In this document: in pieces, positions 11,418 through 23,867 of the stretch
Layout of the letters: each line of letters opens with the position of its first letter
Numbering within the stretch: position 1 is the stretch's first letter
Assembly (NCBI RefSeq): GCF_009834535.1
Contig: NC_045696.1
Location: forward strand, 30,320,001 to 30,384,000
Source of the DNA: Camelus ferus
Lineage: Eukaryota
Length of the DNA: 64,000 nucleotides
Reading direction: 5' to 3'
Program-made: the position numbers and the translations under genes
Notes under the pieces: model-generated
Databases searched by the model: none
What the model was told of the DNA's origin: nothing
What the model saw: the letters and a program-made list of their open reading frames with translations, nothing else

Positions 11418-13821
11418 GGGCATGCTTAAATTTTTAAATGGCTAACCATTGATTCTTAATAATATTAATACTGTGGAAGCACATTTTATAGAGAAATTAA
11501 AATTTTTAGCATCATATGTACACGCTATGTTCAGCTTCTTTTATTTATAGGTTGGGCCCAGTTTTAACAAATCATTTTGCCCTGAAACTATCTTATTGAC
11601 ACTTAACAAAATAAAAGCACATATACTTCATATAGTCCTTCCAAACTTAAAGGCATTCTTCCAAGTTAAAAAAGAAAGGAAATGAACTTTTTTGCACTTA
11701 TCAGAAAAGCATGTTAACCTTTTAGTCCAGATGCTGTTGAAATATGCTTTAAAATTTCCTCTTTCAGCCTGCATTAATAATAGATGAATTATTTTTAAAA
11801 AGGAAAAAATATGACACGACCACACTCCAAAATAAATTAAACATCCTAGTGGATCAGAAATAAAACAGAAACTTAACAAGTGTGTAGATCATAATAATAG
11901 CATGGGTGAATTAGGATGGAGTTAGGATTGGAGTTAGGATAGAATTAGGGTAGGGCTGGACAGCAAGGCCTGAGGCAGAGAAGGATGGCCAGGTCTTTTT
12001 CTGTGACATAATTGGGAATTAAAATGTTCCTCTTGAGATTATAGTGACCAAAATCAGTTTCACCACGTGACACTGGGGACTAGAACCTGGATCATCTGTC
12101 CACATGAAATGGATGCAAAGTTGCTGAGAGCAATCCTTGCTTGGGGCTGCAATTCCTATAAAGCGAACTACCTAGGATGTCCAGAGGAAGCAGGTAGAGT
12201 CTCAAAGCCAGAAGTTTAGCCAAGTTGCCTAACTTTGCTGTCATCTGTAATATCGTGAATATGACTGCAGGGCTGGGGCCCTGAGCCTCTGTATTTCTAC
12301 ACCGGGGAATCCCACAACTAACATGGCGGTCACAAGAAAACCTTAGAACAGATAGATGAGTGCTGAGTTCCTCTATAACCCAAGCCCCTCTTTGAGTCCC
12401 TCTCTAAGTTGCATGGAACCTTCCTCTGTCTCCCTCTGTCCCTTCTCAGTTGTTGGAATACTGTTTTGAAAAATACCAATCTTAGAAACCTAATCAAAGG
12501 ATTTTACTTTATTAGAAATATTTTGTTTCTTTAAAAAGTGTTTAATGTTAATGTATCACTTCTGCCACCATTTTAAAATATATGCCCTGCCTGATCACAA
12601 GACATGCTAGTGAAATTAGTTCAACAACCTTATACTATTCCTTCTCCTTGAGATAGCATTTATCAAATTAATATCACCTAAAACGTATGTTAAAAATAGA
12701 TAGCTTTCTTACCCACCAATGAGATGCATAACTGATTCAATGTGAGAGAAGAAAGCAATAAACTAGGCCGGATTACAACATCATCTGAGATAGCAGAGGC
12801 AATAAATGTGCTGTAGAAGGCAAGATGTTTGATTAAGCTGAAACGGAGACTAAACTTTGACATAAATGGAACTCTCCAGACGTTATCATCTTAAGGATCC
12901 AGTCTGGAAGTCATCTTTCTCTGACTTTCCAAAAAGTCAACTTATACTGAAAAAATATATAATCACTTTCTATGAAAGAAAACTACGTGATTTCCCAATC
13001 CCAACACCACCATTTTCCATCTCGATCTTACTTATTTAGTCCTACACTTTTTTGTATTTTCAATAAACCTGAATTAACGTTGATGCCGCCTCTGATTTGC
13101 AACCCTATGAAACAAATAATGCCTTAAGTTTAAAAAAAGGTTTTTGTGCAGACAACAAATGCCCCTATGATTTTGGGAATAGAGAGTAAACAAATTTCGC
13201 TTTTACTTTGCCTGCCCAAATGGACTACTTAAAAGCATAGTATTTGCTTTTTCTTCATAGTATATGCAATCATAACAGAGTAAGAGATAAGACTGTAATA
13301 TACTTATTTTATTTTTGTATGCATAGGCAGTGATTTAAATTTTTCCTAAGAGAACTGAATATTGAAGATATTCCCATGTACCCATGGGCACATATGCACA
13401 CATGCACACACAGTAAATGTTAGGCATTTAGCCATTTTTGGTGGACCCAATATCCCAATCCTGTTCTTCTCATGGACACAAATAGTGCCTCTGAAACACT
13501 TCAACAGACACCATGTTTAGATTTGATCTGAGATTAAATAGATTTTACTGTCACTTATCTGACAGAGTTGCAATGTGTTCCATTGACAATTTGGTATAGA
13601 AAACTTGGGTCACGATAAAGGCTGTAATAATCTTTTCATTTTTTTCTTAGCAGGTGCAGCACTGGGCAGTTTTAAAGTCTGTGAAGTTTACTTCTGATGC
13701 TCTCTTTTCTCCTTATCAATCTCTGTCTCTCAGACTACTTGCCCTTTGCCTAGATGACCCCAAACTCTTCTGTCAGTCTCCTCAATTCATGAGAATTCTA
13801 TCATATTTTATTGCTTTATAG

Positions 13822-13890
13822 AAGAGGTCATAAACTGTTGGCTCCAAACTTTGTAAGCCCTTAGATGTTTTGCCTGGTGTCTGCACTAAT

Positions 13891-13940
<50 letters not shown>

Positions 13941-14199
13941 CAATAGCCGATACCAATACTTAAATCTAGACTTTCAGCTTTTCTTAGAAGCAGTTAGAAA
14001 CTTTGAGACTGTTAACTCTGCCTTTTCACATGACAGTGATTGGTAAGGGCTGCCTAGAAGCTGCCCCTCTAGGAAGGTTATGTGGTCTCAGCTCACAGAG
14101 TTTCCTCTAGCCTCTTTTGCATTATACTTGAATTTAGGCTGTTTCTCTAATTTTCATTAACAGCGTGGCCCCTGTGGACTTTTGAGTTTGTGACCCCTA
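13822..14199 (+). mobile_element. MER102-like hAT-Charlie element containing a (CA)n tract
   Basis: TIRs agaggtcataaact / agtttgtgacccct; 3' end ggcccctgtggactttgagtttg. Confidence 0.75.
13893..13939. repeat. (CA)~23 microsatellite
   Basis: Read directly from the sequence. Confidence 0.98.
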
Positions 14200-15373
14200 T
14201 TATATAACTTTTTCTCTCCACTGTCAACTAAGCCCAATTAATGTGTTTATTGATAAGACAGTATCTCCCACTGGTACATATTCATAAGAAATACTTAAAG
14301 GTCTTCAACACTTAAAACTTTCAAAACACATATGAAAAAGAAAAGAAAAGAAAGTGGTTAAATGGGACATCTGTTTATAGAAGTTGTTATCCCCAGAAAA
14401 ATTCCTTCCTGAAAATTTCTTAATCATAGGATGACAGTCATAGGATGACGTGGCCTTATAATCCTCTTACCCCACCTTTCTGAAGCATTATGTCTATGCC
14501 TGTCAGTATAAAGGAACTGGATATTAAGACCCCTTTTCCCCATCTCGTTACCTCCATCTCCACCATGATTCCTTCTGTCTAACCCTTACTCTTCCTTGGT
14601 TTTAAAACAAAGACTTATTATTTCCTTTGGGAGGATATGTTCTATCTTCTCTCAGGGCTTTCTATATTCCCGAGTTTTCCACGAATACCTGTGTTATAAT
14701 GAGTTATAATGTTTTGGTTCACATACATAATGGGGATGAACATGACTCTATGATATGCAGCAGTAAGAAGCCTTTCATTTCTTTCTTTAAATTTGGTCTT
14801 TAAGCCAGATCATCTGATCTAGGGCTTCAGCTTCCTGTCCACAGGGAACAACAACTGTAGGCTTGTTAAAGACCTGCTTTGTTAAAGAGCTTCTTTCTCT
14901 TTAGAGCTAGGAAAGATTCCCATGAGATTAAACACATTCAAGGGCAAGCCCTCTCTCATTCTTACTGAGAGAAATTCTGCTTGTCTCTGTCCAGTTTGGA
15001 CAGGAGTGTCTTAGCTGAAGCCAGAAGCTTGATGCTGAAAATTCAGTCTCCCTTAGCAATTGATTCACCCTCAATTGCCTGATAGTTTATATGGGCCACT
15101 TCCCAGCAATTACTGAAACCACATAGCTACCTTCTCTCTCCTACCTCAAGAAAATCACTCAAATTATTTTTTCTTCAAATTGACGTACTTTCATCATTTC
15201 TAAACTTCAGCATTTTTGTCTTCTAGGAACTCTGAATTCCATCTGCTTTATGAATCTGGGTAGGGATTAAATTTTAAATGCCTTCCAATTTTTCCTTTGT
15301 TCCTCAAACATTTGTTAACCTCCTTGTGGGAGGTGGGAAAAAAAAACCTTTAACAACCTTACTAAAATGGAGG

Positions 15374-15916
15374 TGTTACAGTCAGAATTCTAAGATGGCC
15401 TCATGATTCCTTCTCCTTGGTGTGGACACTTGCATAATTAATTCCATTTGAGGGTCAGTGGGCCTGACTCATCAGGTGAGACTGTCTAAAAGAAGATCTG
15501 TAAGTCAGAGATGTGGGGAATCAAGGAGTTTTAAAGCTGCATCAAATGCTCTTCTGCTGACCTTACAGGAGCAAATCGCCGTGTTGTGAAGAGGGCTGTG
15601 TGGCAGGTAACTGTGGGCAGTCTTTGGGATCTGAAAGTGACCCTCAGCTGACAACTATCAATAAAACAGGGACATTCATTCTAAAGCTTCAAGGAAATAA
15701 ATTCTAAAATCAGACATTGAGCTTAGAAGGGGACCCTGAACTCCAGGTGAGAACATGGGTTGTGTACTACAGATTTTAGTTTTGTGAAATTCTGACCAGA
15801 AACCCTAGTTACATTGCATCTGGACATCTGACCTACAGAAATTGTGAGATAACAAAATACTATTTTTTAAACCACTGATTGTGGTAATTTAATATGCATT
15901 GTATAAAATTATTGAT
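15374..15916 (+). mobile_element. MaLR solo LTR (MLT1E-like)
   Basis: tgttacagtcagaattctaagatggcc...ctgacctacagaaattgtgagataa...gtggtaattt; flanks ggagg/ggaga resemble a 5-bp TSD. Confidence 0.85.
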
Positions 15917-16428
15917 GGAGATTTCTTGCAAGAGCTGGAGAAAAAAGAAAACTAATACCTCATAGTTACCCTATAGTATCCGTGAGTCTTTCTTACTTAA
16001 TTGTAATTTCTTTGAGGGTAGAAATTTTGTCTTGATTATCTTTCTATTTTCAGTATTAACCTAATATCTGTGTGATAATAGGACATACATCTTGGGTTGG
16101 ATAAATTTATGTATAATATAAGCTAGCCAACATTAATACTTTAAGAACTTTAATTACTAAAGAGAGACAGAAATATCTGGGGCTGATTTGAAGAAATAGC
16201 AGGATTGAGTATAATACTTTTACCAGTGTATATTTTAGCAAATTTACATGTTTAAGCAAAAAAAAATTGAACTTGAGTGTATGAAAGAAAAGTAAGGTAA
16301 ATAATTCATGCACTTAATATGAATCTGTCATCACAGAATGAGATATGAACAGTATTAATTGCCATTTTTGTTTTAGAAAGAACACACGAGTCACTTTAAG
16401 CTTTACCAGTATGAAGGAGCACACACAG

Positions 16429-16430
<2 letters not shown>

Positions 16431-16458
<28 letters not shown>
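16431..16458. repeat. (CA)n microsatellite
   Basis: Read directly from the sequence. Confidence 0.97.
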
Positions 16459-16467
<9 letters not shown>

Positions 16468-16499
16468 TAACTGAAAGCTAGTGACCCTGAAAATCCTAC

Positions 16500-16900
16500 A
16501 TTTGAAGTTAGGTATGTGTGAACACGAGAGGCACTACAATCTAATGTTATACAGCAACAAAATCTAATACAATTTGAGACTTCACAGGGAGAGCAATCAT
16601 ATCAGGGAGTAGGAAGGTAATAGTTCCTCTTTGCTAAATTCTGCTAAGAGCATTGGGAATACATTGCCCGTTCAAACCTGGGGATCTCTGGACTTAAAAA
16701 AAGAAAGAAAGAAAAAGAAATTCATCAGCTAGAACTGGTGAGAGAAGAGGTACCGCAGGATGGGGTGTTAGAAGGACTAAGGCATTTGGGGAAAATAAGG
16801 AAATAACTTATAACATCTAATTGATCCAAATCATCTGGAGTAGGTGAAATTTTCTCCAGTTACATGGAGAGTGTAGTCACAGAGGACACTGAAGAAATTA
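16500..16900 (+). mobile_element. L3/CR1 LINE fragment
   Basis: agggagtaggaaggtaatagttcctctttgct...ggaatacattgcccgttc resembles the CR1 3' region. Confidence 0.5.
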
Positions 16901-17996
16901 CTAGGGCAGTACTTCCCAAAGGTTACCTTGAAAACAATTTCTTTAGGAATCTGAATGGACTCTGAAAAGCAATTCAACCTTAAAATTTTCCTCCCCAATG
17001 ATCTTTTCTATCATTTCCCACTCTTCATCTTGTTATTCAAAATTTTTATGCTGTACAGGGCTTTATCTTGTCCTTTTGTTAGAAACTATAAGTTATTTCA
17101 TATAGATATCTATCCAAGTATTTTCATTATTATTGCTTTATTATTATTATTAACACCAATGGAGAGATTGACAATCTTTCCAATTTTAGGAAAATTAAAG
17201 ATTTATACATTCTTAATTAGCAGATGATGAGTTTGCTAATTTGATTTTGCAACTAAAATATAAACACCATTGTTGATGACACATTGCATTTTTTATGCAT
17301 TTAATTGCACTTCAGGCAAATCTAAAATATAGAAATACATTAAAAATGGCAGGATGTAGTTCCTTAATACTAAAGTATTTCCAAATTCTAAAATAAATGT
17401 ATTAAGCCATTGTTATATTGAGATGCTCTTTGGCTTGATTTTCACAACCACAGCTCTCTGATAGCAGGGTTTGGACTATAGTTAAGTTTCTTTTTTTTCT
17501 TTCTTAAATAAATAAATATATATATATATATAAACCTGTACATTGAATGGGTTTTTATTGGGTATTTTGTAAAATGTTTAAAAATACTTAAAATTTTTTT
17601 CAGTTATTTCCCTCATGCTGTTTGCATTTCACATTCGGTGTACTTATTTTATTTTTGCACTCTTAATGAGTTCTTGATCATGTCTCTTCTGGAATAAGTA
17701 AGCCTGCTGGACAGACTTGCCCTGGTGAGGATTTTTCAGGTTTCTGTGTGATGGATTTCCTGCATCCCAATCTACTAATAGAACAGCATGTGCTGCTTGT
17801 CTCTACTCTATAAGGCTCCTTCCTCCTCCTCCCTACTTCCTTTACAGCCTACTCTTTGAAAGAAGAAACCATTCAAAAATGTTGCCTCCATCCTTGGGCC
17901 TTTAAGCTAGGAGTTGTTACCATTGTGTCCATAGTGGCTGATGTGAGAGAAGTGTATGGAATTGAACGTCGGTCTTTCAAGAGCTGAAGGATTTAC

Positions 17997-18014
17997 CTGC
18001 CACAAGAGGGCTAA
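17997..18014 (+). promoter_or_regulatory. Candidate CTCF site
   Basis: CTGCCACAAGAGGGCTAA matches the core CCASYAGRKGGC at 11 of 12 positions and lies in non-repeat DNA. Confidence 0.4.
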
Positions 18015-21000
18015 ATGGTAACCCTCAAGTCCTCTTACTGAGCAATTGTGTTTCTGCTCAATAAGCAGGTTTTTAAACTGCATTTTCTTTGTGATAACTT
18101 ACTTTCTTTTAAGTCAGTTCATTTTTATCAAAAGAGTGCCACTGTATACCTTAGGGCCATTCCCCAATACATGATTATGTTACCTATACCAGTTGTAAAA
18201 TTGATAAATACAGAGGGTTGCAGTTGGGGTGATTGGAGGCAGTTAGTACTAATGAATCACCTCTCAGTAAGTTCTTCTGATTGATTTCACAGAGGGTATG
18301 TCAACCAGTTAGAGGCATACACATAGGCATGCTTTTACTTTTTCTCATAACTGCTAATAGCTGTGCAATGTCAAATCCCCTTTGCTGGTAGGAAATGAGT
18401 TCCTTTGATAAGATTTCAGTTTGATTCCATTTTTTAAGGTAATTTGGGCCTGGAATTTAGTGCAGCCATTAGATTTCAACCTAATATTGATCTTTTAAAT
18501 AACCCCTCTTACTCCAGCATAGGTGAGACTCATAGCTCCTGACTGAAGGTACGGGGTTGTTTATTCTCTTTCAATTCCTTCCATCTTGCCAGGGTTTTCT
18601 CCTTGTCTGCTAGTGAAAAGAGGGAGAAAAGCAAAATAAGAATCCTTATACCACCACACTTGGTGAGTAGATTATCTTCCATGCCAGTAATAAGTGCTGC
18701 TTATTTTGTGAATTACAAAACTGCGAAGGTAGGGTAGCTGACCCTTTACACTGGTCCCAGTGGTGACATAATTTATGGCCCAGGTTATGGATGTCGTGTA
18801 GGGAGGTCCTAGCAGCCCTTGCTGGTGAACATCTTTCCAGGCCTTGATGGTTCCTTTAGAGATGTGATTACATCATCTGACTGTTTTCCACATGTTGCCA
18901 TCACACCACATTACCCAGACAAGCTCCATTCCCAGTGATTCCATAGTCCCTGACCTCAATCATATTCCAAGTTTCTAACTCCGAGGATGCCAACCAAAGG
19001 TACAGTCCATTTTCCTTACCTCTTCAAGACAAGAGAATCAGAACTGGTATTTATCTTTTCTTTGCCTCATCACCACACACAGACTTGTCTACAGTGTTTT
19101 TTTCCTACCCTAAGAGGTAGTGACCCATGCTGTGAATAAACATACATTGAACTGGAGTGAGATGTTGATCCTAGCTTTTGAAAGACAACCACAAATTTCA
19201 GAAGTTTTTCTTATAGTTATACTTCCTTGAGTTTGCCTACACATCTTTAGGACCATCTTCAGTATCTTTAGGGATGTGAGAAATCAGGATAGCCTTCTTT
19301 CGCAGACTTTCTACTTCCCCCAAAGTCAACCCTCCACCTCATGAAAGTTAGAAATCTTTACTAAATGGCACAACCCTATCAAGAGATCTACTAAACATGC
19401 CGAAACAGAGCAACCTCCTGAACAGAAGATTTAGATGTACAGCAAGATGTCTGAATCATGCATAAGTTGATGTGCATTCACAAAAATCTAGTCTAAAGCA
19501 TTTGCAACCCTACATAACTACTTTATCATTTAAAAAAACTGTATGCTTGTATGGATTTCTAGATGACACTAGAGTTATAGAATCAAAAATCAATTTTCAT
19601 CAAAATATATTTATAATAAAAGTATTGATTGTAAGGCAAAATTCAACTAAAGAAGAATATTAATTACTAATATAAAGAACAAAGAAAAGTGGTGAATCTA
19701 ATGCCACCTACTTAAAGAGATTCTTGGATTTTCATAGCCTCCAAGTTTAGCCTTATACATGATTCATGACTTGACCATTATTCTCAGCTTTTGATTTTAC
19801 TCTCTCTCCTGCATTATCATATCACATAGCCCCACCTCTCTCTCTCTTTTTTTTTTTTTCTGTAGACTATTACTTGGAGTTTTCTGAGCCCACCCATGGT
19901 AATCATCTCCTCAGATCCAGTGTAGTTCTTGCAGATGCTTTATTTTAGAAGGGGCTTCATGGGAACTACTCTTAGCAGGTCTTCCTGCAGCATCATGAGC
20001 AAGGCTTAGATAACATAGGAGAAAACTTTCGTATTTTCTTCCCTGAGTTGTCATTATTGCCAACACAATAATAACCCTTCCCCCATCAAAATTAAGCAAC
20101 TATGCCCACCCCCCAAAATCTCTGTAATTATGTTGTTCTTTTTTACTACACTGGCACACATCATAAAAGATGATGAGAACAAAAATTCAAATGTCACAGG
20201 AAGTTTAAAATGCAGTATAAAATCCACATTATTTAACCAATTAATTTCCAGTTTTCAACCATACTTGTGTTGTCTAAAACAAAAAATTAATAAAAATAAA
20301 TTTAAAACTTTATTTCCAGAATTTACTCTTAATTTGTGAACCTTCTTCCCCATCATTTTCCCCAGCCCACCCCTTCTCTAAGCTTGTTGATTTATTTTTA
20401 TCAATGGGTTGTGATATAGTGCCCTGAAAATTATGCTCAGAATTATTGAATATAGAATTAAACAATTAAATGTTGTTTACTGAGATGATAGTGGAATACT
20501 TGTGTGGCATGTGGGAAATTAGCGTGGTGCAGTAGTAACCTACAAGAACATGAAAGGATGTTGTATTTCAGAGATCATAGAACAGAAAGTCTCTCAGACC
20601 CAGTTTAGATCTTGTATCTTGTGATTAACTGAATCAATTTAAAACACAAGTTAAGTAGCAAGAGGAAAGAGATTTGGTAAGTTAACATGTTTAGAATAGG
20701 AAGCAACATAGACAGAAACAACAACTTGGAGGCAAACACATACACAGATTTGTGAATAATCTCATAGAATTTGTTTAGGTATATAATCGTGAAAAGAATG
20801 TCCATTTAACATATGCATATTCTTTTATTACCTGTATGTGTCTACTTAACAAACAAAACTACAAACTATCTCTACCATTTAATGTGGATTTACGTGATAA
20901 TTTTAAGAAGTTTCTGGCATTATATTTTTATATTAACATAATTATTTTAGTGACCCCATATTCTTGGACAGTTTTCTATAAATGACTTTTTTATAATTGT

Positions 21001-22295
21001 GATCAATGCAATGTAGAAATTGTTCAGCTGTTGAATTATTTCCTCAAAATCAATTTCCTGAATTTCCTGATATGTATTATCTGGGTAAAAGTATGTATGT
21101 CTTCTGGAGGCTTTTGGAAAAAATATTTGAAATTATAAGTAGTGACAACTTACAATGCCTATTGTCACCACCAGCATAGCTCTTGGAGCTGATTTATCAC
21201 AGAGTGAACATTAATGATACTGCCCTTAATAGGTTCTCCTTCAATCCCAAATTGGTATATGATTTTACTTTAACTTGCATTCTTTCACCAATAATATTTT
21301 AAATTTAACAATTAATTACTTTAGAATAATGATCACTTTTGAACTATTTCTACAAATTCATGTATTCTGGGACTCTCTTTCCTGAGTGAAATCACTGAGT
21401 TCCAGATCTCTTTGTTTTCACAAAATACAATCTAAAAGTATCTTGATATTTCTCTCTCTTCCTCCTGCTTTCCTTTTGTTTATATTTTCTTTCCTTCCCT
21501 TCCTAAAAAATCCAGTCCTAAAAGCATAAGTAGAAGCAAAGAAAGATAGATGTCCATGGTTCAGAGACCTGGGAGTCAGAAACAAGAGTGACCTAGAGCA
21601 TATAACAAGATTTCAAAAAGGGTCGGTTGGATGTCCACACTGAGGAATGGGCAGCCAGTGTGGAAAAAGTAGAGTGAAGTTGATGGCCTGGTTTGAGGTG
21701 TCACACCAAGCCACCACGTGGGGGTTTTGTGTGTCAGGAGATAGACTGTTTGGGGATGTTGGTGTTCAAGAAAGGTGCACAGGAACCTCTCTATGGGATC
21801 AGTGACACAGTGTAAGGTGTTGTAACCTGATCAAAAGAAGATGCCCATTCTAGAATTGTCTATCTTGGGTTATGATAGGGTGAGTGTGTTTGGGGGTATG
21901 ATCAGGCTAGAATGGTGATTCAGAACTCAGATGGGATGAGAAAGTCATTCATCCATTGGTGAGGCCGATATGGAGTGTCAGAGACTGAGAAGGGTGAGGA
22001 GGACATTCCTGTAGAGAGTACTTTGTGAGAATGTCAGAGATGAGCAAGGTGAGGAGGGTATCTAAATGGTGCATGGTCTGGCACAGGGGGTCAGAGATCA
22101 AACAGGAGAAGAAGGGTGACTACATGAGGGAAGAGGTGACAATGAAAATGGGACGTTTGTTACATACAGGGGAATTGATCAAGTAATTAAATATAATAAG
22201 AATAATGTAAATCAGATTTCTTACTGTTGAAGAAAGAACTTAAAGGCAGAAAATAGAAATAAATTTTGGTGTTATATTTTTGTGTATGTTTGTTA

Positions 22296-22318
22296 GATAT
22301 ATATATATATATATATAT
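22296..22318. repeat. (TA)n microsatellite
   Basis: Read directly from the sequence. Confidence 0.95.
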
Positions 22319-23265
22319 TTGTCAGATATATATTTCTATATATTTTTGGAATATACAGATATATGTATATATGTGTAGTATGGGTGAATATATGAATAGC
22401 CGTGTACACATAAAATCTCATAGATCTGTTTATTTAGGGAGTTTGGGAATAATCACACCTCAGTAGCAATGAGCAAAATTATGTCATTGGAAAAGAAACT
22501 AGCTCTTCTTATAGAAATGGCTGATTTTAAGGTTGAGCCAGGAAATGACAAGATAAGAAAATGAACCCGTAACATCTCGTCACGGGCCCAAATATGAAAG
22601 TGTTTACAAAATGAAGGAGACATGCTCAAATAACACAAAAGCCAGTTTTATTGGGTTCCCTTTGGTCAATTTGGAATAACTTAAGCCTCAGAAATAATAG
22701 TAATAACAGATCATTTTGCACTGAATAAACCAGGAAACCACGAGTCCATACAGATATAAATAAAGAAATAGAGAGTTTGGTAAGGAATGATGTATTTGTA
22801 CTCAGAGCATCACTCCATAAAAGACGCATTAATTACAAAGGAGTAGAAGTGTAACTTTATAGTGAAGAAGCCTGGCGACTAACCATAAATGGTCCAAGAC
22901 CACTTGACGTCTCATCATCAATAATGAGACAAATTGACATTATGTGTCACTGAATGAAAGCAGTGACAAAAGAATGTACCATCACTCTTGGTGATACTTC
23001 TGCCAAACATGCATAACCTAAATCTCATAAGGAAATACTAGACAAATCCAAATAGAAGGGCACTGCACAAAATAAGTGACCTATAGCCTTCAAAAGTGTC
23101 AAAGTCATGAAAATCAAAGCAAGACTGAAGAAATATTCCATAGTGTAGGAGACAAAGGGGACACGACATTTAACTGCAGTGGATCATACTGAATGGGAAC
23201 TTTTTGCTTCAAACGACATTATTTTCATCCTTGACAAAACTTGAAGAGAGTCTGTGGTTAGGTGA

Positions 23266-23758
23266 TATAGTAAGTAGCCTCTAAGATGCTCCTGATCCTA
23301 GTATTCACATGCTAGTTTAATTCCCTTAGTTTAAGTGTGAGCTAGACCTAGAAACTCACTTCTAATAAAAATAACCTGGCAAAAGCTAAAGGATACCTTC
23401 CTCAAAATTAGTTTACAAAGAGAATGGGACTTTCATCTTAGACCATCTCTTACTATCTTTCTTTCTCATTTTGGTGGAAGTTGGCTCCATGGAGTCACTG
23501 CTCTTTGGAGAGGCTCACATGGCAAGGATGTAGGGAAGCCTGGCCAAGAGCCAGTAGGGAACTGAGTGCCATAGTTCAACAACCTATGAGCATTTGAATC
23601 TTGCCTACAACCATGTGAGTGAGCTTGAATGCAGGTCCTTCCTCAGCTGATTCTTTAGACGAGACCATAGCCCAGGAGGGTATCTTGGCTGCAACATTTT
23701 GACCCAGCTGGAAGACAGAGCTAAGCCAGATTCCTGACCCACAGAAATTGTAAATTAA

Positions 23759-23815
<57 letters not shown>

Positions 23816-23867
23816 TCAGGTCATCAAGTTTCAAGACTTTCTAATGTTGCAATAGATATCTATTATG
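23266..23867 (+). mobile_element. MaLR solo LTR (MLT1F-like)
   Basis: agcctctaagatg...ggagaggctcacatggcaagga...aaccatgtgagtgagcttg...ttcctgacccacagaaattgt. Confidence 0.85.
23757..23807. repeat. Compound (A)n(TA)n microsatellite within the MLT1 LTR
   Basis: Read directly from the sequence. Confidence 0.97.

Noticed and set aside
11911..11955. Interstitial telomeric repeat
   Set aside because: Only one exact TTAGGG; the units derive from the duplicated ttaggatagag sequence.
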